Shown here: positions 22,694 to 32,600 of the stretch, in pieces | Position numbering within the stretch: the stretch's first letter is position 1 | Layout: every line of letters begins with the position of its first letter | IMG/VR virus record: IMGVR_UViG_3300045988_076193 | Coordinates: 1 to 42,951 of that record | Source of the DNA: a virus | Length of the DNA stretch: 42,951 nt | Reading direction: 5' to 3' (one strand) | Program-made: the position numbers and the translations under genes | The notes under the pieces: generated by a model | What the model was told of the DNA's origin: nothing | Seen by the model: the letters and a program-made list of their open reading frames with translations, nothing else | Databases searched by the model: none

Positions 22694-23992
22694 TTACCTA
22701 ATGTACAGGCTTTCGCCTGGGTAAATCAAACTGTAGATTGACTTGCCATTGTTAGCCGCCAGTGTGTACATGCTGATTCCGTACTTATAGGCAATACTCC
22801 AGAAGCTATCACCATAGCGGACTGTGTAGTACGTGTGACTTGATACTGCCACTGAGTAGCCACCAGATACACGCAATACGTCTCCAGGGTGAATCACACT
22901 GTTGATGGTCTTGCCATTGTTAGAAGCCAAAGTATACATGCTCATGCCGTACTTGTAAGCAATATACCACCAACTGTCACCAGACTGAACCGTGTAGGTC
23001 GAGCCATAGCTTACTGATGGCACGCTGGTCGTTGTCAGCAGCTCAACATTGCTACGATTGATCCAGCTCATGATGCCACCAAGCAATACGTTAGATCCAG
23101 ATACTTGCTGCACGGTGTACGTCTTGCCCTGAACCCAGCTAGGCATTGCGACACCGTTCGCCCAACGGGTTGTGCCGAAGTTTACTTTAACACTATCGCC
23201 AGCTTTGATCTGGCTAAGCGTGGTGTTGTTAGCTTGCTGGCCTGCGTTGGTTGCTGGTGTGTTGGTTGATGGCTTGACGTAGGTCTTGCCGCTGTCAGTT
23301 GTCGTGCTACCGTTGTAGCCTGAATCAGTGATGCCGGTTAGATCAACGTTACCATCAAGGCCGCCAGCGCGATAGGTGGAAGTGAACTGGAAGATACCTA
23401 CATTATCAAAGCTCGGGAAGTAGCCATAGTTCGGAACAGTGGTGACGTTGTAGTCTGGATATTCCGCAAGCCATAGCTGGTAGCGACTGGCAATCTGTGA
23501 CAAGTCAATGTGACTCATCAAGAAGCTCTTATACCCGTAAAGTATTGGCGTGTACCCAGCATCGCGGATATAGTCGAGTGCCCACAGCAAAGTTGCCGTG
23601 TTGGTTGATCCAGCTTCATAGTCAAGCGCAACAATCGACCCTTTTGGCGTCTGAATCTCTGGCAAGAAATGATCTAGCACCTGCTTGGCCAAATTGGTGT
23701 TGTCGATATTCTGCCACCAAATATAGGTGTGTGCCCGCTTACCAGCGGCAATCAAAGAAGCAACCTGTGTCTTATACGTGGTTTGCTCGTACGTGCCGTA
23801 GCCGCTATAGCCACCGATTTGAGAGATCCCAAACTTGTCAGTGGAATAACCAAAGACACCGTTATCTCCTTGGTACCGGCTCCAGTCGACACCCTGATCA
23901 CCCTTGGCTGCATTTACCTGCGATGGCAAGGCAAAAGAAATAGCCGCCAAGAAGGCGACTACCAAAGTGATGAGTTTAGTTTTAAATTTCAT
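22694..23992 (-). CDS. Endolysin: signal peptide + GH25 muramidase + SH3-like region + 2 LysM
   Basis: ATG at 23992 after AAGGAGGG. N-terminus MKFKTKLITLVVAFLAAISFALPSQVNAAKG. GH25 start DQGVDWSRYQG. Two C-terminal LysM repeats (YTVQSGDSWWYIAYKYG.., YTVRYGDSFWSIAYKYG..). Confidence 0.9.
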   Translation of the reverse strand: MKFKTKLITLVVAFLAAISFALPSQVNAAKGDQGVDWSRYQGDNGVFGYSTDKFGISQIGGYSGYGTYEQTTYKTQVASLIAAGKRAHTYIWWQNIDNTNLAKQVLDHFLPEIQTPKGSIVALDYEAGSTNTATLLWALDYIRDAGYTPILYGYKSFLMSHIDLSQIASRYQLWLAEYPDYNVTTVPNYGYFPSFDNVGIFQFTSTYRAGGLDGNVDLTGITDSGYNGSTTTDSGKTYVKPSTNTPATNAGQQANNTTLSQIKAGDSVKVNFGTTRWANGVAMPSWVQGKTYTVQQVSGSNVLLGGIMSWINRSNVELLTTTSVPSVSYGSTYTVQSGDSWWYIAYKYGMSMYTLASNNGKTINSVIHPGDVLRVSGGYSVAVSSHTYYTVRYGDSFWSIAYKYGISMYTLAANNGKSIYSLIYPGESLYIR

Positions 23993-24002
23993 GGTGCCCT
24001 CC

Positions 24003-24455
24003 TTATTGCTGTGGATCAACAGATGATGGTGCCAGTTTAGCCTTAACTGCGTCTGCGGCCGCCTGAGCTGCGGCAGCCACTTTGTCTTGATTAGATGCTT
24101 CCTGATCAACAGTTTTTTGTGGATAGGTTTCTGCTAGGCTGTCTTTCAAATTAGCGTAGGATTGCTCAACTGCGTTGGCAATTGTCTTCTCGTCTGTGCT
24201 GGTGAAACCAAGCGACTTCAAACCATCTTTAACTGCTTGAATGGCAGTAGATTTCTTAACCGCACCGTCAATCGCCTTTGTCACACCGAGCTGTTCTGCC
24301 GCTGTTACCGCAGCGTTTGCCAATGGGCCTATTACCTTTACCAAAGTGAGTGCTTGCTTGTTAGCCAGCAACTGTTTTGAGATCCAAGCCCCAATGACAG
24401 GGATTGCTGCTACTGCAAGTGATACTACAAGATCTGTCCAATTATTCATCATCAT
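24003..24455 (-). CDS. Holin, LL-H family type
   Basis: About 148 aa. It has a single N-terminal TM segment (LVVSLAVAAIPVIGAWI) and a long helical tail, and it lies immediately upstream of the endolysin. Confidence 0.75.
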   Translation of the reverse strand: MMMNNWTDLVVSLAVAAIPVIGAWISKQLLANKQALTLVKVIGPLANAAVTAAEQLGVTKAIDGAVKKSTAIQAVKDGLKSLGFTSTDEKTIANAVEQSYANLKDSLAETYPQKTVDQEASNQDKVAAAAQAAADAVKAKLAPSSVDPQQ

Positions 24456-24750
24456 TATCTCCTTTGATGCCTACATGGTCTTCTAATCGAGTAATCCTAA
24501 CCGAGTGACTGCCAAGCTCTTCATCATGTGCTTTCAGATGAGTATTCAAGTCTGCCAGCGATTGTTCGTGCATTTTGAGCTGACGATTAATCGTCTCTGA
24601 AAGTATTTGAATATCAGAGCGTAATGGATCTAAGGCAATCTTTTTGAACAGCCAGCTGCCCGCACTTACGCCCACCCCTATGATTGATATGAACTCCGCC
24701 CAGTCACCAATCGTGTATCCAAAAAATGTCACTTTCTCACTTCCTTCCAC
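24442..24750 (-). CDS. Membrane protein with coiled-coil tail (lysis-cassette associated)
   Basis: 96-102 aa (GTG at 24750 or 24732). TM segment FISIIGVGVSAGSWLF followed by a coiled coil. Confidence 0.6.
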   Translation of the reverse strand: MEGSEKVTFFGYTIGDWAEFISIIGVGVSAGSWLFKKIALDPLRSDIQILSETINRQLKMHEQSLADLNTHLKAHDEELGSHSVRITRLEDHVGIKGDNDDE

Positions 24751-24761
24751 AAAAATAGCCG

Positions 24762-24893
24762 CTAGCTTTTGCCACCGACATAGTCATTGCCTGTAATTTG
24801 CTTGTATTGATCTGGGGTAATCATTACCGGTACATAAGGTGTTAAATCAATCCCCCAACCGTAAAACAGTACACACTGATCATAATAAGTCAC
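24762..24893 (-). CDS. XkdX-like small protein (43 aa, GTG start)
   Basis: Not in the track. The translation (M)TYYDQCVLFYGWGIDLTPYVPVMITPDQYKQITGNDYVGGKS matches the XkdX pattern (YYD..G....V..ITxxQYxxITG). Confidence 0.5.
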   Translation of the reverse strand: MTYYDQCVLFYGWGIDLTPYVPVMITPDQYKQITGNDYVGGKS

Positions 24894-25176
24894 TTGATTT
24901 CACCGCCTTCATCTGCGCTACGTCAAGAGCAAGTGCAGCAAGCATTTGCTGTTCTGGTGACGCCTCAGGTTTAGGTATGTCAGCATCTGGGTCATAGCCA
25001 GCATCTGGAACAACCTTGCCATCAACAATACTTGCATGGTTCTCATACAAGCCAATAGCATCGTCAACTTCAATAACCTCAAATCCTTCATCGGTCGGCC
25101 CTACTGGTCTGTTTTCATCAGCATTTGCCCAGTTAAGCAGCCGATTATTGCTATCCGTCCACACTTTGATTTTCAT
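24880..25176 (-). CDS. Hypothetical tail-associated protein (98 aa)
   Basis: ORF directly after the Tal gene. Confidence 0.65.
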   Translation of the reverse strand: MKIKVWTDSNNRLLNWANADENRPVGPTDEGFEVIEVDDAIGLYENHASIVDGKVVPDAGYDPDADIPKPEASPEQQMLAALALDVAQMKAVKSSDLL

Positions 25177-25185
25177 AATTGCCTC

Positions 25186-27693
25186 CTAGCCAAAAAATGA
25201 ATCACCCGTCGGATAATCGTCCTGAGTTAGATACGACACCGAGCCACCATAACTACCAGAAGCTTTGGAAATGTTGCTATACCAGCCGACCGTTCCTCCG
25301 CTTGGCGTGCTTGAATACATAGCTGTAGATTGTCCGGGATCTGAAAAGCTCAAGCAGCTTGCAACAATATTGTTTGTCAATAAAGGTTTGTAACCGGGTC
25401 TAATATCTGCGAGTCTCAAATAATTGTACTGATTAGCTATTGTGTGAATTTGAAAGTTGACGGTCACCAAATTTCCACGTCGCGTGTAGTAAATATATGC
25501 GTAATCAATATCAATATTTCTTAGCGCGGTTGTATTGACGTAGAAAAATGTCACGTTGTCTGTTGATTTGAATTCAGACTGAATATATTTTTTTGTAGCG
25601 GCACTGGGGTCGCTGATCAATGTTTGTAACTGAAGTGCACCACGTTGGAGTGCAACTGACGACATGCTTCCCTTTTGATCGGGTGTCGTGATGTAGTTGA
25701 ACATACCGCTTGGGCTCAAAAGTGATTTGTAGTATTGACCGTTGGGATTACCATTATTGTCTTCGATGTTGCCCAGTATGCTAAGACTTGCGTCTTTGAG
25801 TTCAAGATTGCCAGAACTCTTGGCGCCATCAATCTGAACATGGCTGAATGGCGAATTAATGTCAGGCGAATTGATGGTTGATGTGTCAATCTCAATTGAT
25901 TGCAACTTTTTGATGCTGAGCACTGCCTGCTGAATGCTTTGGTCAATCCAAGTTGACCCATCATAGTATTGCAATGCTGTGGCATCATTAAGCGTTGTCC
26001 CGTGCCACCATAAGTCACCTTTCTTGGGACTAGCAGGCGTACCAAGTTGAATGTATGTGTATGGCACATCCTTGCTTCCGGGAACACCTTGCGGTCCTTG
26101 TGGTCCCTGTGGGCCAGTGTCGCCCTTTGGCCCTTGCACTAGTTGCCAACTATAAACAGCCGGATTAGTACTGTCAGCTTGCGTAAAGTCTGTATAACTA
26201 CCGATATACTTGCGAGAGCCGGGAGTATCGAGCGAAAAGTTCGTTTTGCCGTCACTGCTATCGGCGTATGCGATATGGAAGTATGGTGTTTTACCATCGG
26301 CACCCGGTTTCCCTGGCACCCCATCTTTACCATCCGCGCCATCTTCGCCCTTAATCAGTGCCCAATGGCCAGCGTAATCAGATGGATTGTCGCTTGGAAC
26401 GGATGTCTCATTTGACCAAACGATTGCCATATACTTCTTACCAGTTGGGAAGGCACTCATATTTGTTCCTTGATCATCATCGGCATAGCGGAGCCAAGGA
26501 TAGTATTGAACGGTTTTTGAGATATTCGACATCTGGTTGGCAAGCTCACTGAGGCGTTGGTCAAAGCTGACTGTTTCATGAGCGAACTCACCCAAAGTAA
26601 GCTTGACAGAGTGGTTAGCACGGCTGCGCTGAATGCTCAACACTTTGGCAGACAGGAATAGCTGTTGATTCTCATCGGCAATGTGGACGGTTTGATTAAG
26701 CGGTACGTATGGCGAATTAACCAAATCAATGTCGTACGTTTCGTTTGGGTGGTTATACTTTTTCAAGTCTGCCAAAGCCGCTTGCAAAAGTTCCGCCTGC
26801 GATTTTGAATCAAACGTTTTAACCCGATTCCAGTCAGACTGTGTTGGGTTAGGGTTGCTGTTGCTTAACAAACGTGAATATTTCTGCACAGCAATGGTAT
26901 CGTGCAAGAACCCGTACTGATCAAGCACAAACTGTCCTGTTGGATCAGTCCATTTGTAGCCGATCAAGTTGATTGGGTCCTGATTAGTTGATCCATTCGT
27001 ACTTTCTGGCACCGCTCCATAAGCCTTGATAGATGTTTCCATGTCATAGGTATCGAGATGCGTGACGATATTGTTGATGTCCTTATTCATTTCAAAGGAA
27101 ATCAAGCTGTCACCGGCCGTTTCATGCCGAATGTTAATGACACGCTTAACCAAGTTGGTTCCAACAAACTCAAAGCCAAAACTAAGCACTGCATCAAAAT
27201 CTTTTGCCACGGCAATAATGCGAGCCAACGATGATTCTTCACTAGTCCACTCGAGTGTTCGAACATTGTCAGGAAATTCGTTGATGCCAATCTCCCAGCC
27301 AGAATCATTTGTAAACATGAGGATATATTCAGCAATCGTATATGGCTTGTCGGCCTTGAAGGCGCCAACGGTTTCGTTAATCAAGTCATTACCCGCATCG
27401 CTGGCAACAATTGAGTGAATATGGCCTAGTGAATCATGGTCAACCGATTCAATCACCATTTGGTGAGCGTTGCCTTCTTCATCTTGATACATGATGAAGT
27501 GGGTTGCTTTGGCCATCTCATTGACTGCTTGTTCCTGATCATTCGTGAAGTGAATATCAAAAGAAAGTTCGACCGCAGGACGATTGTCTACACTTTGTTT
27601 TTCTATATCGTTGTCAATTCGCCATTCGCCTTTGCCATCAGTCGACCCAACACCCAAAATATTGAATTTTCGATCTGCAAAATAATACTCCAT
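25186..27693 (-). CDS. Tail-associated lysin/baseplate hub (Tal) with collagen-like repeats and C-terminal receptor-binding region
   Basis: 835 aa. N-terminal prophage-tail (gp27-like) domain. G-X-Y runs GEDGADGKDGVPGKPGADGKTP and GPKGDTGPQGPQGPQGVPG. Confidence 0.85.
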   Translation of the reverse strand: MEYYFADRKFNILGVGSTDGKGEWRIDNDIEKQSVDNRPAVELSFDIHFTNDQEQAVNEMAKATHFIMYQDEEGNAHQMVIESVDHDSLGHIHSIVASDAGNDLINETVGAFKADKPYTIAEYILMFTNDSGWEIGINEFPDNVRTLEWTSEESSLARIIAVAKDFDAVLSFGFEFVGTNLVKRVINIRHETAGDSLISFEMNKDINNIVTHLDTYDMETSIKAYGAVPESTNGSTNQDPINLIGYKWTDPTGQFVLDQYGFLHDTIAVQKYSRLLSNSNPNPTQSDWNRVKTFDSKSQAELLQAALADLKKYNHPNETYDIDLVNSPYVPLNQTVHIADENQQLFLSAKVLSIQRSRANHSVKLTLGEFAHETVSFDQRLSELANQMSNISKTVQYYPWLRYADDDQGTNMSAFPTGKKYMAIVWSNETSVPSDNPSDYAGHWALIKGEDGADGKDGVPGKPGADGKTPYFHIAYADSSDGKTNFSLDTPGSRKYIGSYTDFTQADSTNPAVYSWQLVQGPKGDTGPQGPQGPQGVPGSKDVPYTYIQLGTPASPKKGDLWWHGTTLNDATALQYYDGSTWIDQSIQQAVLSIKKLQSIEIDTSTINSPDINSPFSHVQIDGAKSSGNLELKDASLSILGNIEDNNGNPNGQYYKSLLSPSGMFNYITTPDQKGSMSSVALQRGALQLQTLISDPSAATKKYIQSEFKSTDNVTFFYVNTTALRNIDIDYAYIYYTRRGNLVTVNFQIHTIANQYNYLRLADIRPGYKPLLTNNIVASCLSFSDPGQSTAMYSSTPSGGTVGWYSNISKASGSYGGSVSYLTQDDYPTGDSFFG

Positions 27694-29610
27694 TTATAGC
27701 CAAGCCTCCCTTATCTCGACCTCACACGCAAATTGTTGTGCCCAGCTTGATGGCATTAACTTAATGATGGTATCTCCGGGTGGTAAAAGGAACTTGTCCC
27801 ACTGGTTGCCTAATGTATGCAAGGTGCGATCTTCATTGCCATTGAAATAAGTTTTGGTATTAGCCACATCAATTGTAATTACATAGCCATTGCTGAAGCG
27901 ATTCTTAATATCTGTATACCAGCTTACGTTCTGCCATTTAACGGTAGACGCAATTAGATACATAGTCGATTCGCCCCATGTCTTGTCTCGCATAAACCAC
28001 GCTGAAAATTGCTTAGTCTCGACACTAGCAGCGTCCGCAAAAGTGAATTGACGGGTAATAGTCGTCTCTCGTCCTTGATTGCCAACCCATGGTGACACTC
28101 TAAAAACAACCGAATTACCAAATTTCTGCAATTCCAGCTGAATGAACTTGTCGTTAGTGAAAATGCTGCGATCCAACTGTTCATTGACGACCAGCTGATC
28201 TTTGTAATAGCACATCCACCATATTTGGTCAGACAGTGCACTATTGTCTTTCAGTATCATCTGAAAGATTGGCTTGCCGTCACTTTCTAAAGTTGTTTCG
28301 AGTGAACCAACCTTTGATACACCAGTTTGGAAGCGTGTCATAACGTCCCATGTGAGATTGCTCTTAAAGTCTCCATTATGCGTCTGGGCGAGATCGTGTT
28401 TGATTGAAGGCCCATTCCAATACAAATGAGTACCAGTAATACTGGGCCAATTAGGCTCAACCTTCCAGCCATCGTAGCTGTCCTCTGTCCAAATCGCATT
28501 GCCGATCTGTTCATTCGGCGTAGCTGGGTTGTCTCCCCAGTAAAGATTATTGGAAGCCGCTTGATTATCCATGTGCGAGCCTTGAACGGCTGCCAAATTC
28601 AAGGCCACTTCGCTTTCTTCACTTGTATACCCATCAATTTCTTCAGGGTTGCCAAACTGAAGCACGCCACCCTGACTATTGGCAAATCCTAGAAAGCCGT
28701 TATCAGCATGCATGGTTGCCGTAATAACTGGCTCGACAGGATAGGTACCACCATTATGAACCGTGATGGTGTCTGGATAGTATTCAGGATCTGCTGGGTT
28801 AGGTGACCATGGAGAAGCAGAAGTGCCTAGTTCGAGTTTCTCATGCGTCCAAGACACAGACGTGTCTGTGGGGAAAGTTTGGCTAAAGTATCTTGGGGTT
28901 AGCTCAACATAAGCAGCATTACTAGGAGCCATAAATACGGTTGAGAACCGTCCCCCTCCAGAGACCCAAGGTATATCCGAACCAGCTTGGCTAGATATCC
29001 AGTTATTGGAAGCATCATACCAACTAACTGACGAATGGCCAGTGTGTCCCATATCGCCAAAAGTAACGGTGTAAACATATGTCTGACCACCATCGACTGG
29101 TGCTTTCTTCAGAGTGATACCATCAATTCCTTGAGTATTCGCCTTAACAACGCCAGTGTTGTTCGATGATGTACCTGTCATCAAGTTCACTGGTATGTCC
29201 TTGTAAGGCATATTGTCAAACGTCTTCGTGGCTACCGAGTGCGCAATGCCATCGGGAACCAGAAAATTAATAGTACCAGTGCCAAGAAAATAAGCTCGGT
29301 CCATGTCGATCTTGCCATCAACTTTTGCATACCAAAATTCATCAGGGCGATCATCAATGATTAGCTTCTGAACATCAGTGCTATAAAGTAGTGGCGCTAA
29401 CTGCCGTTCAAATTCACGACGAGATAGCGCCACAAAATCATAAGTTACTGGAATGATTCTAGACTTAAGACGACTATTGATAAGCATCTCACCATCGCTA
29501 ATTCCAACAGAATGGGAAGTGTTTTCAATCTCTGATGTAATTCCCCTAGCAGCACTAAACTGCAGAACGGAACTACCAATCTTATGTCCTCCAAATATCA
29601 AGTTCGCCAA
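27694..29610 (-). CDS. Distal tail protein (Dit), enlarged 'evolved' form
   Basis: 638 aa between the TMP and Tal genes. This is about 2.5 times a minimal Dit, consistent with inserted carbohydrate-binding modules. Confidence 0.8.
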   Translation of the reverse strand: MANLIFGGHKIGSSVLQFSAARGITSEIENTSHSVGISDGEMLINSRLKSRIIPVTYDFVALSRREFERQLAPLLYSTDVQKLIIDDRPDEFWYAKVDGKIDMDRAYFLGTGTINFLVPDGIAHSVATKTFDNMPYKDIPVNLMTGTSSNNTGVVKANTQGIDGITLKKAPVDGGQTYVYTVTFGDMGHTGHSSVSWYDASNNWISSQAGSDIPWVSGGGRFSTVFMAPSNAAYVELTPRYFSQTFPTDTSVSWTHEKLELGTSASPWSPNPADPEYYPDTITVHNGGTYPVEPVITATMHADNGFLGFANSQGGVLQFGNPEEIDGYTSEESEVALNLAAVQGSHMDNQAASNNLYWGDNPATPNEQIGNAIWTEDSYDGWKVEPNWPSITGTHLYWNGPSIKHDLAQTHNGDFKSNLTWDVMTRFQTGVSKVGSLETTLESDGKPIFQMILKDNSALSDQIWWMCYYKDQLVVNEQLDRSIFTNDKFIQLELQKFGNSVVFRVSPWVGNQGRETTITRQFTFADAASVETKQFSAWFMRDKTWGESTMYLIASTVKWQNVSWYTDIKNRFSNGYVITIDVANTKTYFNGNEDRTLHTLGNQWDKFLLPPGDTIIKLMPSSWAQQFACEVEIREAWL

Positions 29611-32600
29611 TTAATAAACACCCCTTCCATGTCTTTCTCTGATTGTGTTTTGCTTATCCAGCTCATTAATTGTTGGGTACAACCATTTGCCAATTTCGCG
29701 GTTATTTTCAAGCACTACTTTGCCTTCAGTACGTTGTGTATGATTAATCTGATAAATTGTTAATTCGATCAGTCTTGCAAGCAAATCCTCAACACGACTA
29801 TTGCTACCACTAGAAATGCTGGTAACAAAGGTTTGCGGATTCAATTGGTTTATTCTATTAGCAGCGCCTCCGAAGTCTGTGGTGCCACCAGCAAAACGTG
29901 GAATGTTCATTCGACGAGCCTTATCAGCAGGAATAACCATTGAGTGACGAGCAAGCGGAAAAACCACATTTCGTTCTTTGAACATAAACATGTGGCCATT
30001 AGGAGTGATAATAGGCTCTTGATAGTTAGATCCGGGGGCATCGTTCACCATCGCCAGTGAACTAGTTCGGAGATCATTAGTTCCGTGCTGCAAGTGAAGA
30101 AGCCTCCGAATACTGTCCGAAATATTAGCCACAAAATTGAAAGTCTTCGTGATGACTTCATTCCCACCAAATGCGCTAACTGCACGTTTGGCGGCACTTG
30201 CGGGTCCTGTCGTATTATCATGGCCTTTGAAATATTTATCTCCCGGATTTGTTCCATTAAAACTTCCGATACTGTTTTTACCAGATCCGGCAGCCCCCAC
30301 AACGCTTGAAGCATTACCCATGAAGTAACGCATTGATGGGTTAGTTCCATTGAAACTGTTGACTTCGCCCTTACCTTTTTCAGCATGTGCCGTCACGTTT
30401 GAGGAATCCCCAGTAAAGTAACGTGCCAACGGATTAGTCATGTTAAAGGTATTGACCTCACTCTTACCGTGTTCAGCATGTTGAGTGACATTTGAAGAAT
30501 CGCCGGTGAATTGCTTCATCCCCGGCTTGTAAGAATCATAGGAGATTAGATCTCCTTTCGCTTGCGAAGTCTTCGTCAGTAAATCATTGACGTTAGCCGT
30601 CAACTCTTTAGGTCTCGGGTGTTTGGCCTCGTATGCATCTACATCAATGCCTGCCTCAACTAGTTTGGCGCGGGCATCAGCATTATTTACCAATAATTCT
30701 TTGGTCTTTGACGGTAATTGATTCCACAAACCAAACTTGGCCACAGCGTCAGCAAGCTGTTCCTTGCCTTTGGCCTGAATCAGTGCCGTCTTAGCCTCGA
30801 CTGACAACCTGTTCCAAGACTGTGCTTCAATCATGCCTTGAATCAAGGTGGCTGTTGCTTTATCTTGCACAATCATCTGCATCTGCTTAGGTGTCAGTTG
30901 GTTCCAACCGTTAACTTCATCAATTGCCGTGACTAGAGATGAATAATCACCCTTAACCACCGCCTGCATTTGCTGCGGAGTAATCTTGTTCCACAGGGCC
31001 AACTGGTCAAGCATGTCAGCGAGTTTACCCTCGCCCACGGCTTTTAGCGTTGTGTACTGATCTTTGGGATCGATTGACTGCCACACGCCTAGGTTGAATA
31101 AGACGTCCTTGAGTTCGTCTTTACCCTTGGCATTGATCAACGCAGTTTGTTGTTTAAGTGTCAAACCCTGCCACTTGCCAGACTGCGTCAAGATATCAAT
31201 GAGTGGCAAAGTAGCCTTGTCATGAACGATCGCTTGCTGTTCTTTGAGACTCAATTCATTCCAGTAACCCATTTGAACTAGTGCGTTGACAAGCGGTGTG
31301 TAATCTCCACTGACGATGGCTTGTTGTTCTTTTGGCGTGAACTTATTCCATGAAACAAACTCGGTTATGATGTTAGCTAAGTCTTTTTGACCGGATGCCC
31401 TCACTAGAGCTGTCTTCTCTTGAACGGTCAGCGAATTCCACTTGTCGGTGGAGGCCATCGCCTCGACAATCATTTGCTTTGCATTTGAGCTAATCTTGGC
31501 ATTCTTTAGGTCAAAATTAAGACGTTTCCAACCACCTTCCGTGCTTGCGGTATCCTTTAGAACTTGTGGCAGATTGGTGACAACTTTACCAGTTTTAGGA
31601 TCTAGTACAAGGTTGTTCCAATCGTTACCAGCCTTCTGGACACTCTTGCTCATATTGGAATTAACGGCGGCCGCAAATTGCTTGCTATCTTTTACACCCT
31701 TACTCATTGCCTCTGAATAAGCGCTCATTGCTTTTTTAGCTTGAGACGCCGTCGCACCAAACTCTGTTTGAAGTTGTTCTTGAATCGTCTTGTTGGATAG
31801 TCCTTGCGCTTTCATTGCTTGGATCGCACCCGCATAAATCACGCTCATGTTGCTTTGATGATCTTTTTCCAGCTTTTCAAGATCTTTATTCTTTTGAGCC
31901 GTACTCAACTCAGCAGAGTTTTTAACGGCAGCATAATGTTTGCCATAAGTATCAGTTTCGTCAGCAAATGCCTGTTGCATCTGGCTGTACTGTTCCTTAG
32001 CCGCTGCTTGACTCATCCGAATCTTTTCGCCATTAATAGCTTTTAAGACATTCGCTTGTTGGGTACCAGAAATTCTAAGCGTCTTAACGGCCTCGGCTGC
32101 ACTGCTCTTGCGCAAATTATCCAGAATCTGAATTTGATCTCGAGTAAATTCGACATGTTCTTTGCTGGCAGATTCAGTAATTGACTTAGCTTGTTTGGCA
32201 TTAGCCTCAATTTGCTTGATGCGTGCATCGTCGGCCTTCTTCATTTCTGCTGCATCTTTACGAATCTGATCAGCAGCCGATCCACCGACTTGCTTTGCCA
32301 ACTTGTCGAGTGCGGTTTGGCTATTTTTGGACGATTCTTTAGCAGCCTTCGTAATATCATCAAAACTGTTGGCGATCGTTTTGGCATTTTCTTTGACAGT
32401 GTGGTTAGTGTCAGTGAAAGCACCACTGATCTTGCCAGAAGCGTCTCGCATCTTAGTTGCGGACCTATCTGCTGCTTCGCCAATGTCCGTGCCCCATCGT
32501 GAAGTTCTGTCGGCAGACTCAAGAGCCTTTTTGCCCCACAATTCCCAGATGGCTACACCGGCACCGACGACTGCTGTCACACCTAAAACAACTGGGACGA

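Noticed and set aside
23497-24040. 148-aa and 103-aa plus-strand ORFs antisense to the endolysin gene
   Set aside because: They lie entirely within a well-supported GH25/LysM gene, have no RBS and give a Arg/Ser/Gln-rich junk-like translation.
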